Source: Candidatus Heimdallarchaeota archaeon (GTDB lineage: Archaea > Asgardarchaeota > Heimdallarchaeia > JABLTI01). From it: 32,000 nucleotides of DNA. Shown here piece after piece: positions 17,117 to 25,758 of this stretch. The stretch's first letter is position 1, and every line of letters begins with the position of its first letter. The translations under genes were made by a program, and so were the position numbers. The notes beneath the pieces are model-generated. The model ran no database searches. It had not been told where the DNA came from and saw only the letters and a list, made by a program, of their open reading frames with translations. Where the stretch lies: assembly GCA_030614005.1 (NCBI GenBank), contig JAUWKS010000023.1, positions 17,414 to 49,413 of the forward strand, read 5' to 3'.

Positions 17117-17668
17117 TTAGAAAATGAACTCTTCGTTCTCCAAAACCTCTCTGGGAGCGACTTTGAACTCACAAGCTGAATCTCCTAATGCTTCACACTT
17201 GACTTCAACGCATTCAATATCGTTGCGACCTGTAACTAGTCTCATAAAAGCTGCAAAAACACCTCTTGAGTGATTACAGTGGCCATTTGATCTTTCTTGA
17301 GCGACGATTTGCTTCTGTCCATCAGAAGCTTCGAAAGTTTCTGTACCAGCTACATAAGCAGTGCCGGCATCAAAATTAAATTCTTTAACATGGAAGTCAC
17401 CAAATCCTGCTTGTGAATATGCTTCCACGCCTGCGTTGTAACCGTTTTCATCTCTTGGTAAAATTCCACCGTCAAACATTGGTTTACCGAAAGTTGTAGC
17501 TCCTTCGATTCCTGCTAAATAAAATGCTTTGTTAGCTACAGGTCCGATGAACTCTCAAAGCTTGTCATAAAGTGCGTTAATATCACTTATAGGGAATAAT
17601 GCCATTCGAGCGATTCCAACTTTAATCATTCCGCGTTTTTCTATATTAATGAATTCTTTATCTGACAT
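17117..17668 (-). pseudogene. V4R-domain protein (183 codons) interrupted by one in-frame TGA at codon 38; either a pseudogene or error, or a recoded gene
   Basis: ATG 17668 has a TGAGG SD and is in frame with track ORF 17479 (63 codons upstream): MSDKEFINIEKRGMIKVGIARMALFPISDINALYDKL*EFIGPVANKAFYLAGIEGATTFGKPMFDG... The TGA is at 17557-17555. V4R motifs are YLAGIEG, QAGFGDF, CNHSRGVFAAF and EVKCEALGDSACEF. Confidence 0.85.
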
Positions 17669-17912
17669 TAGATTGCCTCAGATTTTTTGGAATAATTTGT
17701 TCATTTGAAATTAAATATTCAATCTCAATTTATTACATCCACTTTTCCCAACGAATACCTAAATATATAGTTGACTCTTACGGCATACTTCGACAAAAAC
17801 TGAAGAAAACCATTTGTGAACTATTTTTACATTTAAAAGTACTAAGGGAAAAAGTATTTAGTTTATTGTTTTGTAACGATATTTAAGCTAACAATTTTAC
17901 GGGGTTTTTTAT

Positions 17913-18611
17913 TTGAAAATATTGGTCATCGCTTCTTGTAGTAAAACAAAATCTATTCAATATCCACATCAACCAGTTTGTAGTGAAATACCATCAAAAG
18001 AGTCTCGAGAGCAAATATTACTTAAATTTCCAATGAAAAAAACTGCTAAGGATTTGTATAGGGGTGCATTAAATTTAAGCACAAACTCAGCAGTCAGGTT
18101 ACTGAAAAACTATTTTGATGTTAGCTATTACATTGTTTCAGCTGGTTTCGGGCTAATAGAAGAGAGCGTTCTCTTACCTCCGTATGATTGTTCATTTTCT
18201 GAAATGACTAAAGATCAGATCGTCGAACGGGCAGAATTATTACACATCCCAGAGGATTTTCAAGAAATTATTATCAAGGAAAATCCCGATTTGATTTATT
18301 TGGCTCTTGGAAAAAATTACCTAACAGCTATAGGGAAGTGGGATGAAAAGCTTCCTTGTAAAACAATTGCCTTTGATCATTCTGATTCAGCTAATGTTAT
18401 TACGCTGCCTGCAGATCATATTATTGTAAAGAAAGTGTCTCGAATAGGTGGATTGCCAATTCATGGTGTAATTGGTTTTAAAGGTGACCTCCTTCTGCTA
18501 ACTACACGTTACTTAAAGGAACAATCCAATCCAGAAAAAGCTTTGAAGGAGCTCCTAGATAATCCTGATGACTTAATTTACACTGTGAACTCTCTACGAG
18601 AACATACCTGA
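17913..18611 (+). CDS. YaaA/DUF6884-like protein
   Basis: ILVIASCSKTK, AKDLYRG, YYIVSAGFGLI, LPPYDCSF motifs; function not established. Confidence 0.6.
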   Translation: MKILVIASCSKTKSIQYPHQPVCSEIPSKESREQILLKFPMKKTAKDLYRGALNLSTNSAVRLLKNYFDVSYYIVSAGFGLIEESVLLPPYDCSFSEMTKDQIVERAELLHIPEDFQEIIIKENPDLIYLALGKNYLTAIGKWDEKLPCKTIAFDHSDSANVITLPADHIIVKKVSRIGGLPIHGVIGFKGDLLLLTTRYLKEQSNPEKALKELLDNPDDLIYTVNSLREHT

Positions 18612-18975
18612 TAGCAGCCTACTTCTAAATAATATAGATAGATTTTCTCTTTTTCTTTACTTCATTTTATTACAATTTTGAATATTTTTTAACAAAATTA
18701 TTAGGAAAGAGACATTTACTAAGAATTATATTCCATATAATAATAATTTGAATAGAAATTATTTTAAACTGATATTCCTAATTAAATTTGGAATACATTG
18801 GAGCAAAGAAAATGAGTCTAAAATTAAATCTAAAAATAGACCCAAAGGCACTTTCATTTCAACGATTCGTTTCAATTTCCGTCCGGGAAGAGTAAATTAC
18901 TGGTAGAGATAATAATAAATTATGAGAAGAACTATGGAACATTTCCATAAGTTTTTTTCATAATCGGTTTCTGAA

Positions 18976-19818
18976 TTATTCATTTGGACTAATCAGTTGT
19001 AGAAATTTACGAACTTGCTCATTGTCCTGATTAATAGAAAACAAATGTTCATCTGCAACGGATTTCTTTGCTAGAACAATTTCATGACTATCAAGTTCTT
19101 GCATATAAGCTTGAACCATCATCAAAGGGATTTTTAGTTCATCAGATATTTCTTGGGGTGACAAGGTCTTTCGTTTCTTAAGTAGTAAGAGAATGGCAAT
19201 ATTCTCTTTTCTACACAAAGTATCCATTTGTGGAGAAATGTTAACGCTAATTTTATCATCTACTTGTATTTCTTTTTCTGCTCGTTCTTTAGCAAATTTT
19301 TTTGCCCTATCGATGGCTTCTTCATCATCATCTACAAGATAGACCAGTTGAGAGGAGCGCATTTTTTGAAAAGTCGGTTCTAACGAAGTAAACACTTCTG
19401 AGGAAATTCCTCCTGCTTTAGAGAAAATTACTACATGAATTCCCAAATCTACTGCTAAAGATATCTGTATGCCAGTTTCTTCTCCTCCACCAATAGTTAT
19501 TACACAATCACTAGAATAAATTAATGGCCAACAGTGTTTGTGTCCATCAAAAGTTGTAGCGATGTTTACATGAGAATCGGGATTGCCTTGTTCTTTATAG
19601 TTGCCTGCTAGAACACCGACTGAAATACCACCTGCATCATTTACTCCTTTTGTAACTGCTTCAGTTACACCCTTTTTTCCACTAGTAATCACTGCAACAT
19701 TAACTGCTCTACCAAGAGCAAAACCGACTTTGTAAGCAAAATCCCATGCTGCTTTATCTTGTTCATTGTTTAAATCAAGTGATTTGCTTCCTATTACAGC
19801 AATTTGCAATTTTCTCAT
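18976..19818 (-). CDS. SLOG/LOG-like Rossmann domain (TIGR00725-like, degenerate) fused to a C-terminal winged HTH; putative nucleotide-sensing transcription regulator
   Basis: IAVIGS, VITSGKKGVTEAVTKGVNDAGGISVGVL, SSDCVITIGGG; C-terminal ILLLLKKRKTLSPQEISDELKIPLMMVQAYMQELDSHEIV...FSIN. Confidence 0.75.
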   Translation of the reverse strand: MRKLQIAVIGSKSLDLNNEQDKAAWDFAYKVGFALGRAVNVAVITSGKKGVTEAVTKGVNDAGGISVGVLAGNYKEQGNPDSHVNIATTFDGHKHCWPLIYSSDCVITIGGGEETGIQISLAVDLGIHVVIFSKAGGISSEVFTSLEPTFQKMRSSQLVYLVDDDEEAIDRAKKFAKERAEKEIQVDDKISVNISPQMDTLCRKENIAILLLLKKRKTLSPQEISDELKIPLMMVQAYMQELDSHEIVLAKKSVADEHLFSINQDNEQVRKFLQLISPNE

Positions 19819-19980
19819 AAGGGATTAACTTACATTAAATACTATTTTTGTTTTTCGATTAAGGTAGATAAATAAAGTAATAAGCAAACTATATGATAGC
19901 AATTGATTAATAGTTGAAATACAGTAAATTGCTACGCTTATTCTCTCTTAAGAAGAAATAATATCAGGAGTTATGAAAAA

Positions 19981-21300
19981 TTGATTGTTCGAGATCCAGT
20001 TCATGGTGATATATCATTCACAGAAAATGAACGAAAAATAATTGATTGCCCTGAAGTGCAAAGATTGCGAGGAATAAAACAACTAGGCACAGCTCATTTT
20101 GTTTATCCAGGTGCAACTCATACTAGATTTGATCATAGTTTAGGAACAAGTTTTCTAGCAAAAAAAATAGTTCAAACGCTACGATTGAATGGTTATGAAG
20201 TGGATTCTGAAACAGAAGAATTGATTGCTATTGCTGGGTTAGTTCATGATATCAGTCATGTTCCATATGGGCATACTTTTGAAGATGAGCGAAAAATTTT
20301 CGAGAAACATGACAAGAATGAGAATTTCAAGCGTAACTTATCTGCTGGAATGTTGGGTGAACAACTCAATAGTTTGGGCATAAAAAATAAGTTAATTAAA
20401 ATCCTTACAAATAAAGATCCAACAATTAATACTGGAGGAGAGAGTTGGATGAGTCAAATAATCAATGATACTATTTGTTCTGATCTCTTAGATTATATTC
20501 GAAGAGATTGTTATCATACCGGTATTAACAAAGATTATGATGATCGTGTACTAAGCTATTTCATAATAGAAAAAGGAAAGCTGGTTTTGAATTTCGTCAA
20601 AAACGGGATGGAACGATCTGATGCTCGCTCTGAAATTTTACATCTTTTGCGATTACGCTATTTTCTTACTGAAAGGGTCTATTTCCATCATGCTAAATTA
20701 TCCTCAGGAGCAATGATTTCCAAAGCAGTTGAAATGGCAATTAAAGAAGGCATTATTTCTCGAGATAGATTATACAATTTGAATGACTGGACCTTATTTT
20801 ATTTCTTAAAGGGATTCCCAGAAAAGCGACCTGCAACATCTCCTATTAGGAATCTTATAGAGCGAGTAGAAAAAAGACAGCTATTAAAACGAGCTTACGT
20901 CCTCTCAAGTGCAACTCTAAGTTCGAGAAAAAGTCGCGAGAATTTCATTCAAAAGTTTAATCCTCCAACTCCAGAAAGAGACCAAATAGAAGATATGATT
21001 ATTGATAGATTACAGAAAAAGAATAAGAATTTGAAAATTAACAAATCAGATGTCATCATTCATTGCTTAAGTTCTTCCTCCTTAAAAGAAGCAGAAGTGT
21101 TGATAAAAAACACTTCGGGAAAGATCACTCAACTAAACGCGAGACCACATCCTGCTGCTGACATAAAAGCTATTGAAGATTCATATGAAGATCTATGGCG
21201 AATGTATGTTTTCGCTGATAAAAAGTACGTTCAAGATGTAGCGAAAATTTGTGTAGAAACGTTTGGAAGAGAGAACGAATATTCGCCTAAGAAAAGCTAA
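19981..21300 (+). CDS. HD-domain phosphohydrolase, dNTP triphosphohydrolase/SAMHD1-like (COG1078 type)
   Basis: RDPVHG, QRLRGIKQLG, YPGATHTRFDHSLG, GLVHDISH, DLLDYIRRD, VYFHH; TTG start with a GGAG SD 10 nt upstream. Confidence 0.9.
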   Translation: MIVRDPVHGDISFTENERKIIDCPEVQRLRGIKQLGTAHFVYPGATHTRFDHSLGTSFLAKKIVQTLRLNGYEVDSETEELIAIAGLVHDISHVPYGHTFEDERKIFEKHDKNENFKRNLSAGMLGEQLNSLGIKNKLIKILTNKDPTINTGGESWMSQIINDTICSDLLDYIRRDCYHTGINKDYDDRVLSYFIIEKGKLVLNFVKNGMERSDARSEILHLLRLRYFLTERVYFHHAKLSSGAMISKAVEMAIKEGIISRDRLYNLNDWTLFYFLKGFPEKRPATSPIRNLIERVEKRQLLKRAYVLSSATLSSRKSRENFIQKFNPPTPERDQIEDMIIDRLQKKNKNLKINKSDVIIHCLSSSSLKEAEVLIKNTSGKITQLNARPHPAADIKAIEDSYEDLWRMYVFADKKYVQDVAKICVETFGRENEYSPKKS

Positions 21301-21317
21301 ACGAGATGTAAAGTTAA

Positions 21318-22238
21318 TTACATCTCCGCGAGTAAATCCTTTAAACTAATATGATATTTGCCTAATGTACCACCAAAATTGCCAGCAGATATTTTTAATA
21401 CTCCTTTAACTTTTGATGCTTCTTTCATAGCGATTTTCATAGCACTGCGAACATCTACTAATGTTAAACCGTTAATGACGATTTCAGGAATACTATTTAC
21501 TCCTTCTGGTACCGCTAAATCTTTTATTTTTCCTCGTAAAGTAGGACAAAATGGATGGTTAGTTGTAGGCCCTATACTCTTATGAGGTTGACCTTCATAC
21601 ACCGTTTTAGAACCAGCACTACAGATAGCAAATGGAGTAATGATATTTTCCATGGGATATAGAGCATTTAAAACCCTCTTACCAGCTTTTAGAGCTGCTT
21701 TTTCAGTATCGCACATTAACCAAATGTTTCCACCAGAAACACCAGTTTGATAACCAATTTCTTGTTCAATAAACCAGTCTCCCATCATTAAGGGAATTCT
21801 AATCATCTTACGGTTAAACAATTCCACTTCTTTCTGGTAAACATCTCCACAATAACCAACACTTTCCATCATATCAAAAGTCTTACTCATTGTAAGATAG
21901 TTGAAAACAGTAGTTGTTGGAACAACAAGAATACCTTGTCGAATTCTCAAACCAAGCTCTTTGTAGAATTTCTTAAGACTTTTTTCCGGCTTTTTAGGAT
22001 CCCAGTTACCCCATACTTGCAAAATAAATCCATGATTTTTATCAGGAGTTTCATCTCCGCGTACCCATCTTTCGATAGCTGCTTCAGTACGACCCACAAC
22101 AATTGAAGGTAGAGCTGAGCATTGGGCAGCAGTGTATTGTATTAATTGTTCGTCTCGTAGTGTTACCAACAGCCTCGAGACAATTCCTTCGAATGCTTCA
22201 CAATAGGTATCTTCGACTTCTACTCCATTAAGTTCCAT
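21318..22238 (-). CDS. ftr: Formylmethanofuran:tetrahydromethanopterin formyltransferase
   Basis: GVEVEDTYCEAF, DETPD, RIRQGILVVPTT, GVSGGN, CSAGSK, TTNHPFCPTL, EIVINGL, ISAGNFGGTLG. Confidence 0.93.
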   Translation of the reverse strand: MELNGVEVEDTYCEAFEGIVSRLLVTLRDEQLIQYTAAQCSALPSIVVGRTEAAIERWVRGDETPDKNHGFILQVWGNWDPKKPEKSLKKFYKELGLRIRQGILVVPTTTVFNYLTMSKTFDMMESVGYCGDVYQKEVELFNRKMIRIPLMMGDWFIEQEIGYQTGVSGGNIWLMCDTEKAALKAGKRVLNALYPMENIITPFAICSAGSKTVYEGQPHKSIGPTTNHPFCPTLRGKIKDLAVPEGVNSIPEIVINGLTLVDVRSAMKIAMKEASKVKGVLKISAGNFGGTLGKYHISLKDLLAEM

Positions 22239-22464
22239 ATTTGCAAACCTTCGTTAGTTAACATTTGAAAACTAATTAATTGAAAAACATTTTGTTGATA
22301 AGCAACAATGAAAATAGGGAAATATCACAATTAGCATATTTGGATTGCTGATTTTTTCAGATATTAAGAAATTAATAATATAGTTTTGAATCTAAATTGT
22401 TCTTGCTCTGAAATTTTAACAGTAAGCTTATAATTATAAAGAGAATGTAAGATTCCTATATTTA

Positions 22465-23172
22465 ATGGATAGATTCATGATGTTTGGACTTGGAATGAAT
22501 ACTAATAAATGGGTTAAAGCGTCGCGGAAAACAGAAAAGGAAACGAAAAAAAAATCCGGGTCTGACTATAATACCTGGAAGAATATTAAAACAACTTTTA
22601 GCAAAGACTTGGAAGCTTTCGAAGAAAAACATCTTGAAAACCAATCGAAGATTGTTGGATCACTTGTATATTCCGAAATGGTTTCATTTACAAAACGATT
22701 CTCAATTGTTGAATCTTTAGCAAATTGGGGATATTATCATTCATCATTGCATGAATTGAGATTTCTATTTGATACAACTATTTTAGCATACTACCTTGAT
22801 CAACAGCTCCCAAATACTGATCATATAAGCAAAATTAATCTGATGCAAAAACACAAAGGAGAATTATGGGGTACAAGATTAAGAAGAAGAGTTTTCATGC
22901 ATGAAAAGGAGCTTGGTACTGATATTGAAAAGGTAATAGAAGACATCAATAATTCTATAGACCAATATCTTGCAGACAATCTTGTTGATTCATGGAAATT
23001 AGTAAACTTACCCTATAATGAATCAGAGTACAAAGAATGCGTTCGCAACATGAAGAATGTAGTTGCATTGCTGATTAAACTTTTTACAAGAAGATTCGAC
23101 AGCTTTGAATATTCCTGTAATATGGTTGTAACTCATATAGAAGAAGAACAAAATGAACCCTTACAGGTTTAA
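22465..23172 (+). CDS. Hypothetical all-alpha protein (weak HEPN/DUF5677-like motif)
   Basis: 235-aa ORF with normal composition. SSLHELRFLFDTTILAYYL recalls the LLRxLxE...xYL motif; weak support. Confidence 0.55.
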   Translation: MDRFMMFGLGMNTNKWVKASRKTEKETKKKSGSDYNTWKNIKTTFSKDLEAFEEKHLENQSKIVGSLVYSEMVSFTKRFSIVESLANWGYYHSSLHELRFLFDTTILAYYLDQQLPNTDHISKINLMQKHKGELWGTRLRRRVFMHEKELGTDIEKVIEDINNSIDQYLADNLVDSWKLVNLPYNESEYKECVRNMKNVVALLIKLFTRRFDSFEYSCNMVVTHIEEEQNEPLQV

Positions 23173-23270
23173 TTTCTTCTTTTTTTGGTTTTAATATTTT
23201 ATAAAATAAGGCATTATTTTTTTAATGATTGAAACTATAAGGTAATAAAAAAAAAGTGGTTTATTCACAA

Positions 23271-24635
23271 ATGATATTTGAAAAAATAACTTCAATGGGC
23301 ATTGCTAGTAATTCGTACTTTGTTACTTCTGAAGGAGAAGCTTTTGTTGTTGATCCAAGACGTGATGTAGATGCATATCTTACTCTTTTACAAGAAAATG
23401 ATGCTAAATTAGTTGCTATTTTCGACACTCATAGAAATGAAGATTTTGTGAATGGTTCACCTGAACTAGCAAATGCTACCGGAGCAAAAATTTACCATGG
23501 GCATAAACTAAATTTCAAATATGGAAACCCAGTTAAAGATGGTGATGAATTTAAAGTTGGGGACATGGATATCAACATACTCGAGACACCTGGACACACA
23601 CCAGAGAGCATATCTATAGTAATAAAAACTTTAGCGCATCCCGATTATCCTTATATGGTCTTTACTGGTGATACACTTTTTGCTGGAGATGTTGGAAGAA
23701 TTGATTTTTATCGAAATCCAAAAAAACAATTGGAAGCAGCAGGATGGTTATATGATAGTCTTTTCAATAAATTGTTAAAATTAGGTAATCATACAATTGT
23801 TCTTCCTGCCCATGGAGAGGGATCAATATGTGGTGGGGGAATTAGTGGAATACCTTTTACTACAGTTGGATACGAAAAGAAAACAAATCCAAGATTATTA
23901 TTATCCAAAGAAGAATTTATTTCTTTCAAATCAGAAGAAAAATTCGAAATAGCACCCAATATGAGTGTTTTAGAGAAATTCAATCTGGAAGGACCACCTA
24001 TTTTAAATGGTTTAATACGACCTCCCTCGCTATCCGTGAATGAAGTAAAGCAATTTATAGCTCAAGGAGCACAAATTATTGATGTACGCGAACCTGAAAG
24101 TTTTGCTGGTGGACATATTCCAAATACAACAAGTATATGGAAAAATGGATTGCCAAATTATGCACTATGGTTAGTATCCTACGATAAGCCAATTGTTTTG
24201 ATAAAAAGTACACACCAAGATATAGAACAAAGTGTGCGATATTTGATACGATTAGGATTTGACAATATTGTAGGTTATTTGCGAGGATTTAGAGAATGGT
24301 ACATGAATGGTGAAGAAATCTCTAAAACAGATGTTTGGTCGGTTCATGAATTGCATAGAAATCTCGAAGACGACAATATATACATTCTTGATGTAAGAAC
24401 AGGTCGTAGCGTTGCAGATAGCGGGACAATAAAAGGATCCCATCATTTATTTCTCGGGGAATTAACTCAGAGAATAGCTGAAATCCCTAGGGACAAAAAA
24501 ATCTGTGTTTATTGTGACTCTGGTTTTAAAGCAAAAGCTGGTGCAAGTATCCTACTAAAAAATGGATACAAAAATGTAGCCAGTATTTTTGGGAGTATGA
24601 CTGCATGGAAAAATGCTGGGTATCCTATTGAATAA
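23271..24635 (+). CDS. MBL-fold hydrolase (persulfide dioxygenase/glyoxalase II-like) fused to two rhodanese domains
   Basis: DTHRNED, TPGHTPES, FTGDTLFAGDVGR, PAHG; IIDVREPESFAGGHIP; LDVRT...VYCDSG (active Cys in the second rhodanese only). ATG 23271 preferred over GTG 23256. Confidence 0.9.
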   Translation: MIFEKITSMGIASNSYFVTSEGEAFVVDPRRDVDAYLTLLQENDAKLVAIFDTHRNEDFVNGSPELANATGAKIYHGHKLNFKYGNPVKDGDEFKVGDMDINILETPGHTPESISIVIKTLAHPDYPYMVFTGDTLFAGDVGRIDFYRNPKKQLEAAGWLYDSLFNKLLKLGNHTIVLPAHGEGSICGGGISGIPFTTVGYEKKTNPRLLLSKEEFISFKSEEKFEIAPNMSVLEKFNLEGPPILNGLIRPPSLSVNEVKQFIAQGAQIIDVREPESFAGGHIPNTTSIWKNGLPNYALWLVSYDKPIVLIKSTHQDIEQSVRYLIRLGFDNIVGYLRGFREWYMNGEEISKTDVWSVHELHRNLEDDNIYILDVRTGRSVADSGTIKGSHHLFLGELTQRIAEIPRDKKICVYCDSGFKAKAGASILLKNGYKNVASIFGSMTAWKNAGYPIE

Positions 24636-24782
24636 GCTTTTCAATGCCAATGCTTTTTTCCTCGTATTATACCAATTTATTAAACTATAATTTATAATTA
24701 GGAACTTTTTTTAGTTGAAAAAACTAAACTGATATATACAATATGAATAAATTTCATAATTATAAAGGAGGGATATCAAGAA

Positions 24783-25085
24783 TTGATTGATTTTAAGGCA
24801 GGAATAGAAAAAAAATGTACTGAAGAGGATTTTCCATGTGCACTTACATTTGAGATTCAAGAGAAACTCCAATCTTTCACTGCTGTCATTAAGATTTTTT
24901 CCTCAAGAGGGTTTACTGTTAAGGAATTCATAGATGATCGTATGTGTATAATGTCTCGAGATAATGAAGGCTTCAATGAAGCTATTAAAATCAAAGACAA
25001 TAAAATTCAGATACAAGCAATGAAAGAAACAATAATGGATCTTTGTGATGATTTATCCCAGTATTGTAAAAATATTCTGGAATAA
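24783..25085 (+). CDS. Hypothetical protein
   Basis: 100-aa ORF with a GGAGGG SD upstream of the TTG start; no recognised motif. Confidence 0.6.
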   Translation: MIDFKAGIEKKCTEEDFPCALTFEIQEKLQSFTAVIKIFSSRGFTVKEFIDDRMCIMSRDNEGFNEAIKIKDNKIQIQAMKETIMDLCDDLSQYCKNILE

Positions 25086-25214
25086 GCCAAAGGAAAAATC
25101 TAAAACAAAGATCAACTAATTTTTTTTAGTTCTTCATAAAAACTATGTTCTAATAAATCGAATAACTTAATAATAGATGACAATTAAGCGTTAAGAAATA
25201 GTTTGTGAAAGAAA

Positions 25215-25676
25215 ATGACTCTCAATCCAGAACAAATTGCTAACGAAATAAACGAAACTGAAAACAAAGTAATTTTTATTGCAGGTATATTTGAAGAATT
25301 CTTTGCTTTCAATATTGCAAATGATTTTAATTACTCATATTTGGACTTTGATTCTTTTCTGAAAGATAATAAAATTGATTCTCGATTATTCACAAGTTCT
25401 GAAAAAGAAACAAACATTCGAATTAGTATAGATAACTGGACACAAAAAAAGGCTTACGCAGAACAAAAGGGTACAATAATTGTAGATGATTTTAATTTGA
25501 ACAATATTGATACTCTCTTAACTAAGAGCCTTCTGAATCAAGAAATGCTTTATCTGTCAAAAAATAATGATCGTTTAAAAACAAAATTGGTTTTTATCGT
25601 AGATACAAAAGAGAATACCTTAGAAGATCAAGTGTTAGATAAAATTTTAACAAATTGTAAAATAATCTATTATTGA
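25215..25676 (+). CDS. Hypothetical protein (possible degenerate P-loop-like alpha/beta fold)
   Basis: 153-aa ORF; VIFIAG strand, TIIVDD Walker-B-like, KLVFIV strand, but no Walker A GKT. Confidence 0.55.
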   Translation: MTLNPEQIANEINETENKVIFIAGIFEEFFAFNIANDFNYSYLDFDSFLKDNKIDSRLFTSSEKETNIRISIDNWTQKKAYAEQKGTIIVDDFNLNNIDTLLTKSLLNQEMLYLSKNNDRLKTKLVFIVDTKENTLEDQVLDKILTNCKIIYY

Positions 25677-25758
25677 TTTTCTGATTTTAAATGAATGATT
25701 CACTTGTATTAGATGTCAAAGTACTATTTTAGTTGAGAAAATTCACTACTGATGAAAA

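Noticed and set aside
17555-17557. Genome-wide UGA reassignment (code 4 or 25) as the cause of the V4R stop
   Set aside because: TGA ends several clearly complete genes (thioredoxin 6950, RB4 15086, 18611, 25676), and Trp and Gly use normal codons throughout.
18812-18895. 27-codon ORF in the 18612-18975 gap
   Set aside because: No motif, no clear SD, and too short to support.
19973-19984. Frameshift at the HD gene start (ATG AAAAA TTG)
   Set aside because: One extra A would give MKKLIVRDP, but the GGAG SD is only 2 nt from that ATG and 10 nt from TTG 19981, so a TTG start suffices.
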